From Candidatus Omnitrophota bacterium (GTDB lineage: Bacteria > Omnitrophota > Gorgyraeia > Zapsychrales > Fredricksoniimonadaceae), in contig JADFXH010000011.1 of assembly GCA_015233675.1 (NCBI GenBank), positions 526-64,525 on the forward strand: DNA of 64,000 nucleotides, written 5' to 3'. Positions 16,200 through 25,035 of this stretch are shown here, in pieces. A program made the translations under genes and the position numbers. The notes under the pieces are model-generated. The model searched no databases. It saw only the letters and a program-made list of their open reading frames with translations, and had not been told where the DNA came from. Positions within the stretch are counted from its first letter, which is position 1; each line of letters begins with the position of its first letter.

Positions 16200-17327
16200 A
16201 TGAAAACATTGATTGTCGGCATGCTGGTATTTTCTTTTTTCTTTTCTATCGGGATATTGCTCGCCCGGCATAAGCCGTTATGGACCGACGAGCTTCACGG
16301 GCAACAAGTAGATATACAACGCACATCCTGGCCTGATATCATTTCAGGCCATACCCAAGATGCCAATAAATTCCCTTTGCATATTATGCTGCAGAAAGCT
16401 TTTCTGCGGCTTTTTAATTATAAACTTGCGTTTGTATGGGACGGCTCAGGGTTAGTTGTTAATTCTCAGGCACAATTAGTTTTACGGATCCTGCCGGACA
16501 TTTTGATGTCGGTAGCCTTGACAGCCATTGTGTTGTTTTTTGGTTATCGTTCAGGTTTTGCCGGTGGAGCAGTGGCTGTCCTCATATCTTTGAGTATGCC
16601 GATGGTTTGGCTGTTTTGGGCTGAAGCAAGGCCCTATTCACTTTGGTTTATGCTGACAGTATTCCAATCCTTGCTGTTTCTTGATACAGTTTCTAAAAGA
16701 GAGATAAATATGCCGGCGCTTCCTTTTGCGGTTGTTCATTGGGGGTTGTGCCTTACCGCGCCTTTGGGCCTTATACAAACTATTGTTTGTCAGGGATTAT
16801 TGTGGTGCGCTCAAAACAAAAGGATAAAATTTCATCTTATAACCGGTTTGGTGCCGTTATTTCTGGGGACATACTATATGATAGCCCAAGAAAAAATGAG
16901 CATGTGCCTTTTTGTATCGTGGCAGGGGATTTTTTTGAGAAATTATCCGTTTGAAGGGCTGGTTTTTTTAGGCATGTATATAATACTTCTGTTTTTGTCA
17001 TTGCATGAAAAAGAGTGCCGTAAATATTTTTTGTTCGGACGTATTTTTCTTCCTTTTTGTTTGGTTTTTATTGCCATCGCACTTGCAGGGCTCTTTTATA
17101 CGTTTTGGAAAGCTGTGCCTCAATCCACACCGGTTGCAGAACGGCATTTTATTTTTCTTACACCTATAGCTATTATTATGACGGCAGCTGTTTTTTCGGA
17201 TTTGTGGCTGGCTTGTGAGAGACTATTTTGGCGGCGCTTAGGTTTGATTATTATTTTTGCGGCCGGCCTGTTGGGGCAATTGTTGACTACTTTTGTGGTC
17301 GCATATCATTCGCCTTTTTATTTTTAA
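16200..17327 (+). CDS. Polytopic membrane protein, possibly a GT-C-type glycosyltransferase
   Basis: About 10 hydrophobic segments. WTDELHG in the first loop resembles the GT-C DE motif. Confidence 0.5.
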   Translation: MKTLIVGMLVFSFFFSIGILLARHKPLWTDELHGQQVDIQRTSWPDIISGHTQDANKFPLHIMLQKAFLRLFNYKLAFVWDGSGLVVNSQAQLVLRILPDILMSVALTAIVLFFGYRSGFAGGAVAVLISLSMPMVWLFWAEARPYSLWFMLTVFQSLLFLDTVSKREINMPALPFAVVHWGLCLTAPLGLIQTIVCQGLLWCAQNKRIKFHLITGLVPLFLGTYYMIAQEKMSMCLFVSWQGIFLRNYPFEGLVFLGMYIILLFLSLHEKECRKYFLFGRIFLPFCLVFIAIALAGLFYTFWKAVPQSTPVAERHFIFLTPIAIIMTAAVFSDLWLACERLFWRRLGLIIIFAAGLLGQLLTTFVVAYHSPFYF

Positions 17328-17333
17328 GAAACC

Positions 17334-18059
17334 ATGGTTATGGCTAAACTATTTGTTAAAGGTATTATTGGAATTTTACTGCTGGGCGTTTTGGGGGTGT
17401 TTATCCTTCGCATTTATCAGCAAAGTGAAGTTTTGTCGGAAATATATCATTGGGTTTTTTCGGGGAAATATATTTTTGAAGGATTAGACGATGGACGAAT
17501 GCGGCAAAAATTAAAAATTCAAGAGTTGAACAATGCCACACCGCCTTTAGATAAAATTTTTAACGCCAGTCTTTCTTCAGGGGATGTTGGACTGAAGGGC
17601 GCTGACATTGAAAAATGTCAGCATTATTATCAACTAATATTGCAAGATATGCCTCAAATGCAAGAGTCGCATGTGTTTTTAGGTTTTTGTGAAAGTAAGG
17701 CGGAGAATATCCCGCAGGCTATTCTTGAATTTAAGCAGGGGTTAAAATCCGGTGCGGGCGCTTTCTGGGCCAGCTATGATCTAGGTGTTTTGGCAACGAT
17801 GGATGGTAATAAGGATGCCGCAGAAGCCTTTTTTATTCAGACCATAAAATTTCCTCTTCAGGATGTGATAAAAAATATTTTTGCGTCAAAGCTTTTTCAA
17901 CAATATATGCAAGTAAATGACATAACTCCCCGGAAACTTTGGGACGGGCTAAATGGTGCGCGTGATGACGCTATTCAAAACTTGAAATCAATCGAGTACA
18001 GCAAGACTTCAACCTCGGCTATTTCCCCAACACATGAAATGCGTTTAAGGATATTTTAA
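17334..18059 (+). CDS. Membrane-anchored hypothetical protein
   Basis: N-terminal TM helix (GIIGILLLGVLGVFIL). Helical repeat-like body. Confidence 0.5.
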   Translation: MVMAKLFVKGIIGILLLGVLGVFILRIYQQSEVLSEIYHWVFSGKYIFEGLDDGRMRQKLKIQELNNATPPLDKIFNASLSSGDVGLKGADIEKCQHYYQLILQDMPQMQESHVFLGFCESKAENIPQAILEFKQGLKSGAGAFWASYDLGVLATMDGNKDAAEAFFIQTIKFPLQDVIKNIFASKLFQQYMQVNDITPRKLWDGLNGARDDAIQNLKSIEYSKTSTSAISPTHEMRLRIF

Positions 18060-18223
18060 CTTGTTAATTCTTTGTAGCTTCCTACAGGGTTACCATATGC
18101 TTCATTTCTCATAACTCTTTTTAAGTAAACGCTTTCCGAAAAATATTTTAAAAAATCCCTAATATTCCTAACTTTATGGAAAGGCGCCAGTTAAAGAGGT
18201 TTCCCGTCTGTTTTTTATTCTTT

Positions 18224-18252
18224 TTGACGCAAGCTCGACTGGCGAGTTAAAA
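18224..18252 (+). promoter_or_regulatory. Putative sigma-70 promoter of the riboswitch leader
   Basis: TTGACG (18224-29), 17-nt spacer, TTAAAA (18247-52). Confidence 0.4.
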
Positions 18253-18297
18253 AATAATGTGGTATGGTTTGAATAAGTTACAATTTTGAATTTGGAA

Positions 18298-18378
18298 TTG
18301 CAAACTTGAGGAAACTTAAGGGCGCAAAGGATCGAGCCTAAACCCGGCCGTAGGCGGGGCATGGTAGTCGAGCTGCAT
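18298..18378 (+). ncRNA. Candidate c-di-GMP-I (GEMM-I) riboswitch aptamer
   Basis: GCAAAC / UUGAG-GAAA-CUUAA (GNRA hairpin) / GGGCGCAAAGG / GAGCCUAAACC...GUAGGCGGGGC matches the remembered conserved core of the Vc2 aptamer. Confidence 0.6.
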
Positions 18379-18395
18379 AAAGGTTGGATTTTCAG

Positions 18396-18440
18396 CCCAA
18401 ATGTATGCTCGCTAATTTTCGAGTTGCATTTGGGTTTTTT
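18396..18440 (+). terminator. Intrinsic terminator (expression platform) after the aptamer
   Basis: CCCAAATG (18396-403) pairs with CATTTGGG (18427-34), with inner CTCG/CGAG, followed by TTTTTT (18435-40). Confidence 0.75.
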
Positions 18441-18617
18441 AATTTTATGGATCCGGAGGAAATTAAATGATCAAAGTAGCCTGCACGCAACCTAAAGAAA
18501 CACGTAACAAATATTCTACAGCACTAGTGCTGTCAATGTGCAGGCAGGGAAGCGATCATTTTATGATATTTCAATAAATATTTTATTAATTACGAATTTA
18601 ACAAGGAGTATGTCGCT

Positions 18618-20927
18618 ATGAACAAACATAAAGTGCTTTTGAAAATTGCAGTTGGTTTGTTTGTTGTATTGTGCTGTACAGTTTTTCCTTATCAGGCTCA
18701 GGCGCAAACATTATCTAATGCAGTTGTTGTTGCAGAAAATTCGATCAACAATTATTTTGCGGCGTTATTAGCAGGAACTAGTGTGCCGAGTGCGCAAAGT
18801 TTTATGACCACCATAATGCAGTCAGTGACTTCAACAGCAGACCAGCAGACAGTGCAGGCATATTATGAACAGAATGCAGTTAGTACAGCTAAAACACAGA
18901 TAGACAATTACTTCAAAGTGATAATAGCAGGCAATCCTGTGCCGAATGCTCAAAGCTTCATGAGCGCGGTAATGTCGTCAGTCTTGGCAACAGCGGACCA
19001 GCAGACGGTAAATACGTATTATGAACAATCAGCAGTTACGACAGCTGAAATTCAGATAAACAATTACTTCAGTGCGATAATAGCAGGTAATACTGTGCCG
19101 AATGCTCAAACTTTCACGAGCGCAGTCATGGCAGCGGTGCTGGCCCAAGCAGATCAGCAGGCAGTATATACGTATTATGAAAAAACTGCAGTTAGCACAG
19201 CTGAAGGCCAGATAAGCAATTACTTCAGTGTAATATTAAAAGGTACGACTGTTCCGAATGCTCAAAGCTTCATGAGCGCGGTAATGTCATCAGTCTTGGC
19301 AACAGCAGACCAGCAGACAGTGCAGGCATATTATGAACAGAATGCAGTTAGTACAGCTAAAACACAGATAGACAATTACTTCAAAGTGATAATAGCAGGC
19401 AATCCTGTGCCGAATGCTCAAAGCTTCATGAGCGCGGTAATGTCGTCAGTCTTGGCAACAGCGGACCAGCAGACAGTACAAAATTATTTCAATCAGCAAC
19501 AGGTTATCTCCTTATATCAATATGCATTGAAAGTCATCAGCTTCTATAGCGCTACGCCAAACAGTGCTACCCTGACGACGGCTGTTGGGGCAGTAATGCA
19601 GCTTCAGCCATATAATAATGTTGCGGCTTTATCAGGTTTAGGGCTTTATGATGACGCTCTCAACCAGTTAATGCAGGCAGTCAGCAAGAATTTGTCTAAT
19701 ACAAACAACGTTTCTTCGATTATTCCTCCTGCCAACATAGACGGCAGTTTTGGCACATCCGTTGCTGTAGATGGGGTAGGGAATATATTCGTATCTGCGC
19801 CTTCCAATGCTGTTAATGGCAGGGGCATCATTTACGAATTTGGTAAAAACAGTAATAATGTATGGACGGTAATTAACCAAATTTATCCGATGATTCCTGT
19901 GCCCGGAGACCATTTTGGCCGTGTATTTAGCATCAATGGCAATACATTAGCGGCCAGCTCGGAGCCTGCTAATGGCCTGGCCAAGGTGTATATTTTCGGT
20001 CTTCAAAGTAATAAATGGATACAGCAAACCTCTCTGGATTTAACTACTGTGTCTAACTTCAAAGTGGTCCAGAAAATCTCTTTGGCTTCGACTGTTAACA
20101 CAATAGTGGTTGGTTTGCCGCAATTCGGATATTATTTGGTATTTAACCACGTTTTTGATTATTCTACGACTACTAATATGTTAGTCAGTGATCAATGGCG
20201 TTTAATGCTTTCAGGAAGCTTCACCGTTGGTTCTGTTATTAATTCTGTTGCCGCAGATGGCTTGTATATTGTAATAGGGAGCCAAGTTCCCGGCAGTAAT
20301 GGCACCGTCACAGGTTCTGTTCGCATTCTTTCAGGAGCCATAAATGTGGTGCGGATTAATTCGAAAAATGAATATACTATGAACTGGACTATTGATACGA
20401 GTGTATCCGGCCCGAAAGGGTTTGGCCAGTCTGTTGCAATTTATCAAGATCCTGTGCTGGCATTGCCAATAGGAAATCCTGTTGTAAGCATGGTTCCGAT
20501 ACCGGCGGTCAATAAAATTACCCTTGCCATTGGTTCTCCTGTTGAACATAACGGTGCAGGGGCTGTTTATACCATGGTAAAAAGTATTGCTACAGGCACA
20601 AATAGGCTCGTTTGGGCTGGTCTTAATCCTGTCCAGTTAGTTATGCCGTCATTGGCAACAGCCGCTGGACATGGGCTTGCATTAAAAAGGGCTACTCTAT
20701 TGGTATCAGCCAATAGTACAGTTATTGCTCCTTCGATTGTTATGGCATATCAATTTAATGCCGCTACCAATCAATGGTCTTGGGCTTATACAATGAGCAA
20801 TGTTAACTCATTGTTTGGAAGCAGCCTGGCTACTAACGGACAAACGGCAGTCGTTGGCAGTCCTAAGGCTGTTAATGATACGAATACAGCTGATATTAAT
20901 CAGGTACAGGTTATCGGCCTTAAATAG
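18618..20927 (+). CDS. Secreted protein: signal peptide, five 52-aa tandem repeats, C-terminal FG-GAP-like beta-propeller
   Basis: Signal peptide ...PYQAQAQ. Repeats NYFxxIIAGNxVPNAQSFMSAVMSSVLATADQQTV. FG-GAP-like FGTSVAVDG..., FGQSVAI..., FGSSLATNGQTAVVGSP. AAGGAG before the ATG. Confidence 0.85.
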   Translation: MNKHKVLLKIAVGLFVVLCCTVFPYQAQAQTLSNAVVVAENSINNYFAALLAGTSVPSAQSFMTTIMQSVTSTADQQTVQAYYEQNAVSTAKTQIDNYFKVIIAGNPVPNAQSFMSAVMSSVLATADQQTVNTYYEQSAVTTAEIQINNYFSAIIAGNTVPNAQTFTSAVMAAVLAQADQQAVYTYYEKTAVSTAEGQISNYFSVILKGTTVPNAQSFMSAVMSSVLATADQQTVQAYYEQNAVSTAKTQIDNYFKVIIAGNPVPNAQSFMSAVMSSVLATADQQTVQNYFNQQQVISLYQYALKVISFYSATPNSATLTTAVGAVMQLQPYNNVAALSGLGLYDDALNQLMQAVSKNLSNTNNVSSIIPPANIDGSFGTSVAVDGVGNIFVSAPSNAVNGRGIIYEFGKNSNNVWTVINQIYPMIPVPGDHFGRVFSINGNTLAASSEPANGLAKVYIFGLQSNKWIQQTSLDLTTVSNFKVVQKISLASTVNTIVVGLPQFGYYLVFNHVFDYSTTTNMLVSDQWRLMLSGSFTVGSVINSVAADGLYIVIGSQVPGSNGTVTGSVRILSGAINVVRINSKNEYTMNWTIDTSVSGPKGFGQSVAIYQDPVLALPIGNPVVSMVPIPAVNKITLAIGSPVEHNGAGAVYTMVKSIATGTNRLVWAGLNPVQLVMPSLATAAGHGLALKRATLLVSANSTVIAPSIVMAYQFNAATNQWSWAYTMSNVNSLFGSSLATNGQTAVVGSPKAVNDTNTADINQVQVIGLK
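18720..19500 (+). repeat. In-frame 156-bp tandem repeats (about 5 units) inside the CDS
   Basis: Period is 156 bp. 18833-19006 is identical base for base to 19301-19474 (174 bp, offset 468 = 3 units). Confidence 0.9.
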
Positions 20928-20951
20928 CAGGTAATAAGAAGTTTTATTTAA

Positions 20952-20988
20952 CCCCGTATGTTTATTCATAAACATACGGGGTTTTTTT
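20952..20988 (+). terminator. Strong intrinsic terminator
   Basis: CCCCGTATGTTTAT pairs with ATAAACATACGGGG, followed by TTTTTTT. Confidence 0.9.
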
Positions 20989-21077
20989 GTGATTTAATCA
21001 AAGCTTTTGTATTGTTTGACGTGCCGATTGCAGGGTGTTAATATTCTATAAAATAATATGTTTAAAAAGGACAGCGA

Positions 21078-23587
21078 ATGAAGTCCGACAATAAAAGGAT
21101 GGGGCTGTTTTCTTTTTCCTTTCAAGACTATTTTAAAGTTTTTGTTATCGCGTCGGCCTATTTTTTTGCCCACGAAATTGCATTCTTCTTCCCTGATTCA
21201 CAAAAAGTCATTATGCTCGTTTGGCCGGCCGGCGGGGTTAGTTTGGCCGCGTTTTTGTTGAACCCTCGGCGGCTATGGCCTCTGTTGACATTGGTTTTTT
21301 ATATTTCCGGTATTACGGCAGATCTTGCTATGTCCGGCCGTCCATTGATGATGAGTCTGGGCTTCATGACCGGAAATATGGTTGAATCAATTTGTTGTGC
21401 TTGGCTTATCATTTATTGGTCAAGGGGTTTTCAGAATTTCAATAAGGCCAGGGAAGTGCTGGCACTTATTGTCAGTGCGGTTTTTGTGAATGCGTTCAGT
21501 TCCTGCATCGGCGCTTTAACCTCCATGCTTACCAGCGGAGATTCATTGTTGGGTTCATGGCAAACGTGGTTTATTGCAGACGGTCTTGGTATTCTGCTGG
21601 TTGGGCCGTTTATTGTTGCTTGGAGCAGGGTTAAGGAATTAAAAGAAATTTTATGTTTTAAAAAGATAATAGAAGGGTCAGCTTTTCTAGCAGTCTGGAT
21701 AATTTTTGTCTGGCTTATTTTTCATTCCAACCAATTCGAATTTCACCTTCGTCCTTACATGTTAGTTGCCTTGCTAGCTTGGCCGGCTATACGATTTGGC
21801 CAGCGTGGCGTCACGTTTGCGAATATGCTTGTGTTTGTTATTGCCATCTTTAGTCCAATGATTATTAGTGGGCCCGCTCCTTGGGTGTGGCATGGGCAAA
21901 GTTCAGATTTAGCCGGCCGTTTAATGGATTTACAAATATTCCTGGGGTTTATGTCGGTCGTAGGTTATCTGCTGGCAGCCATTTATGCTGATTTTATATT
22001 GGCGTCGTCTCAAAGGGAAGAGGCACTCGATGATCTCAAAAAAAGCCGGCAGCTTTTAGAAAGTGTGGTTGAAGGAACGCAGGATGCGGTTTTTGTGAAA
22101 GATTTTAAAGGACGGTATCTTCTTATTAATAGTGCGGCTTGTCAGGCTACTGGCAAGAATGCCAGCGAAATTTTGGGGCAGGATGACACTTTTATTTTTC
22201 CTGCCGATCATGCCCGGCTTTTGATGGAGCGCGACCGTCAGGTGCTGGACAATAAAAAGATTATTACTTTTGAATATGACTTAGTCAATTTGAATGGGAA
22301 CAAGCGGTCAGTCCATTCCCTTAAAGGCCCATTGTTTGATAAAGACGGTCAGGTGATGGGGCTGTTTGGCATTAGCCGTGACATTACCGAGCGCAAGCAG
22401 GTCCACCAACAGTTGGTAGATACGATCAATTATATGCAAACCTTTATTTCTACTTCGCCGATCGCCATCATTACATACAAGGCATCAGGACAGGCTGTCT
22501 CGGCAAATACAGCAGCCGCGAAGCTGGTGGGGACTTCAATTGAGAATTTAATGAAACAGAATTTTCGTAACTTGGATTCCTGGAAAAGAGATGGATTTCT
22601 CGATAAGGCCCAAAAAGCTTTGGATACCGGGCAGGAACAATTGCTGGAATGCTATACCGTGAGCAGTTTTGGGGCCGCATTTTGGATTTCTTGCCGGTTT
22701 GTCCCGTTTAACTATACAGCCCAGCCGCATTTGTTGTTTTTGGCAACGGATATCAGCGATAAGAAACAGGCGGAAAAATACGCACTTGAAATAACTGCCG
22801 AAAAAGCAGCTGCCAAAACAGCACAGAAGAAGGCGGTTGAAATTGCAGCGGCGTATCAGGAATTACAAAAAGCCCGGGATTTATTAACCCAGTCTGAGAA
22901 ACTATCCGCTATAGGAGTCCTGGTCGCCGGAATAGCGCATGAGTTAAACAGTCCCCTTTCAGGGATCTTGGGGATTGTCAGGTTTTATTTGGAACATAAA
23001 AATCCTGACGACAGGGAGTATCGGGATCTCGAACAAGTATTGAAAGCCGCAGAACGCATGTCAAAAATCGTTCAAGGCCTTCGGGATTTCTCAAGGCCTT
23101 CGGTAAAAGAGGAAGAAGAATTGAATTTTAACTCAATGATCGAATCAGTGCTTAGTTTCGGTCAAAAAATAATGATCGGGCCCAATATAGATTTACATAA
23201 GAATTTCGAGAAAGATCTTCCTATGATCAAAGGGGATAAAAATCAGGTTCAGCAGATCATTATTAATTTAATGTCTAATGCCACAGATGCCATGCAAAAA
23301 AAGGTACGCTAAAAATATTTACCCGGACTGTTGTAGTCAATGAAAACCGTTTTGTTGAAATGGAGTTTGTGGATAGCGGGTGTGGTATAAAAAAAGAAGA
23401 TTTATCCAAAATTTTTGATCCTTTCTTTTCGACCAAAAGGCAGGGAGAAGGTACAGGGCTTGGTCTTTCCGTGGTTTATTCAATAATAAAAGAGCATAAC
23501 GGGGAAATTCTGGTTGAAAGTCCGCCGATGGGCCAAGAAAAAGGGGCATCATTCAAGGTCAGGATGCCGGCTATATCAGGAGGGTAA
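21078..23587 (+). CDS. Sensor histidine kinase (MASE1-PAS-PAS-HisKA-HATPase_c) that needs a -1 frame change at 23297-23303
   Basis: ORF 21078-23312 ends inside the N-box (NLMSNATDAMQKKVR*). The -1 frame continues GTLKIFTRTVVVNENRFVEMEFVDSGCGI...GTGLGLSVV to 23587. Confidence 0.8.
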
Positions 23588-23588
23588 T

Positions 23589-23975
23589 ATGTCAGCAGAG
23601 AATATATTGGTCGTTGACGATGAGGAAATAATCGGTATTGCTTTGAGCAGAGAGCTAAGTGACAAGGGGTATAATGTTGATTATGTATTAAACGGTGCAG
23701 AAGCGCTGAAAGTTGCAAAACATAAAAAATACGATATTGTTTTTATCGACAAGAGCATGCCGGGAATGGATGGCATTGAAACCTGCAGGGCAATAAAGCA
23801 GATCAATCCGTGTTCAATGGCGATATTTATGACAGGTTCTTTTGATCATGATAATATACTTAAAGAGAAGGAATTTGTGCAAGCGGGAGGCGGGTCGTTT
23901 TTTTTATATAAACCGTTTGCTCGAGGTGAGGTGCAGGAAGTTGTCCAAAAGGTGTTGGGTAAAACAAATAGTTAA
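23589..23975 (+). CDS. Single-domain response regulator (CheY-like)
   Basis: ILVVDDEE...DIVFIDKSMPGMDG...MTG...YKPF. AGGAGGG lies before ATG 23589. The 23514 start is rejected. Confidence 0.88.
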   Translation: MSAENILVVDDEEIIGIALSRELSDKGYNVDYVLNGAEALKVAKHKKYDIVFIDKSMPGMDGIETCRAIKQINPCSMAIFMTGSFDHDNILKEKEFVQAGGGSFFLYKPFARGEVQEVVQKVLGKTNS

Positions 23976-23995
23976 TCAGACTTTACCACAAATTT

Positions 23996-24026
23996 ATTAT
24001 GTCATCCCCGCGAAAGCGGGGATCCA
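23996..24026. repeat. TGTCATCCCCGCGAAAGCGGGGATCCA palindromic unit, solo copy
   Basis: Same unit as at 14571-14597 and 50919-50945. Confidence 0.8.
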
Positions 24027-24103
24027 AATTGCAAAAACTTGTGAGTATGTGACCCAATCTGAATATTCGTTTAAACTTGGAGTAAATCTACGGGGAGTTT
24101 AAC

Positions 24104-24481
24104 ATGGTCAACACATCGTTAGCAGGTAAAAAGATTTTGTATGTCGAAGATGATGAGGCTAGCCGGTATTTAATGGGTTACATGGCAGAAGAAATCGGAT
24201 GCGGGCTTGTGACTTGTTCTAATGGTGAACAAGCGATCGATAAAATTCGTACGGAGAAATTTGATATCATCTTTATGGATGTGCGCATGTCTAGAATGAA
24301 TGGCTATGAGACCTCCCGAATGATTCGGCAGATGGACAAAGAAATACCGATTATTGCCCTGACGGCACATGTCATGGAATGGGTCCCTCTAAAATGCAGG
24401 GAAGCTGGCATGAATGGATTTGTTCCTAAGCCTTGTTCTGTGGCGAGCATTGAGAAAGAACTCTGCCGGTGTTTATTATAA
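24104..24481 (+). CDS. Single-domain response regulator; paralogue of 37201-37599
   Basis: ILYVEDDE...DIIFMDVRMSRMNGYE...IIALTAHV...GMNGFVPKP. Confidence 0.88.
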   Translation: MVNTSLAGKKILYVEDDEASRYLMGYMAEEIGCGLVTCSNGEQAIDKIRTEKFDIIFMDVRMSRMNGYETSRMIRQMDKEIPIIALTAHVMEWVPLKCREAGMNGFVPKPCSVASIEKELCRCLL

Positions 24482-24529
24482 GTTTTTTAAAACAGGACAA
24501 ATGAGCCGCAACTGCAATAGGAGGGGGCA

Positions 24530-24889
24530 ATGAATATTGTTTTATACATCATTCTGGGATTATTGGCAGGCGTTTTTTCCGGAATTTTTGGTATCGGCGG
24601 CGGGCTGGTGATCGTGCCGGCTTTGGTGCTTCTGGCCGGCTTCACGCAGCATCAGGCACAAGGGACAACGTTGGCGCTTTTAGTGCCTCCGATAGGGTTA
24701 TTAGCGGCGATACGCTATTATCAGGCGGGCAATGTTAATCTTTTTGTTGCCGCATTGATCTGTGTTGGCTTTATTGCCGGGAGCTATTTCGGAGCTGACT
24801 GGGTTCAAAAATTATCTGACCCCGTGTTAAAGAAAGCATTTGGCGTCTTTTTGTTCCTGATTTCTATGAATATGATTTTTATGAAATAA
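24530..24889 (+). CDS. Half-size TauE/SafE (TSUP) family membrane protein
   Basis: GIGGGLVIVPALVLL...QGTTLALLVPPIGLLAA. Four TM segments, 119 aa. Confidence 0.7.
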   Translation: MNIVLYIILGLLAGVFSGIFGIGGGLVIVPALVLLAGFTQHQAQGTTLALLVPPIGLLAAIRYYQAGNVNLFVAALICVGFIAGSYFGADWVQKLSDPVLKKAFGVFLFLISMNMIFMK

Positions 24890-25035
24890 GTATTCCGGGT
24901 GTAAAACATTATCGATTTAATTATATGGATATAGACAAATAAAGTATTCCATTATATATTAATAAACTAATAGGCATTATTGCATAATTCTTGTCACAGA
25001 TTAATGATGGCAAGAGGTGTAAGAGGGGAGCCAAG

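Noticed and set aside
18290-18360. Resemblance of GAGGAAAC...AAACCCGGCC to the RNase P RNA conserved boxes (GAGGAAAGUCCGGGC / ACAGAACCCGGCUUA).
   Set aside because: The elements are only ~40 nt apart rather than hundreds, and the matches are partial. The GEMM-I-like arrangement explains the same bases better.
18174-18362. 62-aa minus-strand ORF.
   Set aside because: It overlaps the promoter and aptamer region. It has no RBS and a biased composition.
18226-18376. Long-range complementarity GCAAGCTCGACT (18229-40) with AGTCGAGCTGC (18365-75), considered as a closing helix of the riboswitch.
   Set aside because: The 5' partner lies in the spacer of the predicted TTGACG-17-TTAAAA promoter, so it is probably not transcribed. 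It is also separated from the aptamer core by ~60 AT-rich nt.
18720-19500. Regular 156-bp DNA periodicity, considered as a possible CRISPR-like or satellite array.
   Set aside because: It is in frame within a long ORF and encodes conserved 52-aa protein repeats. There is no spacer/repeat alternation.
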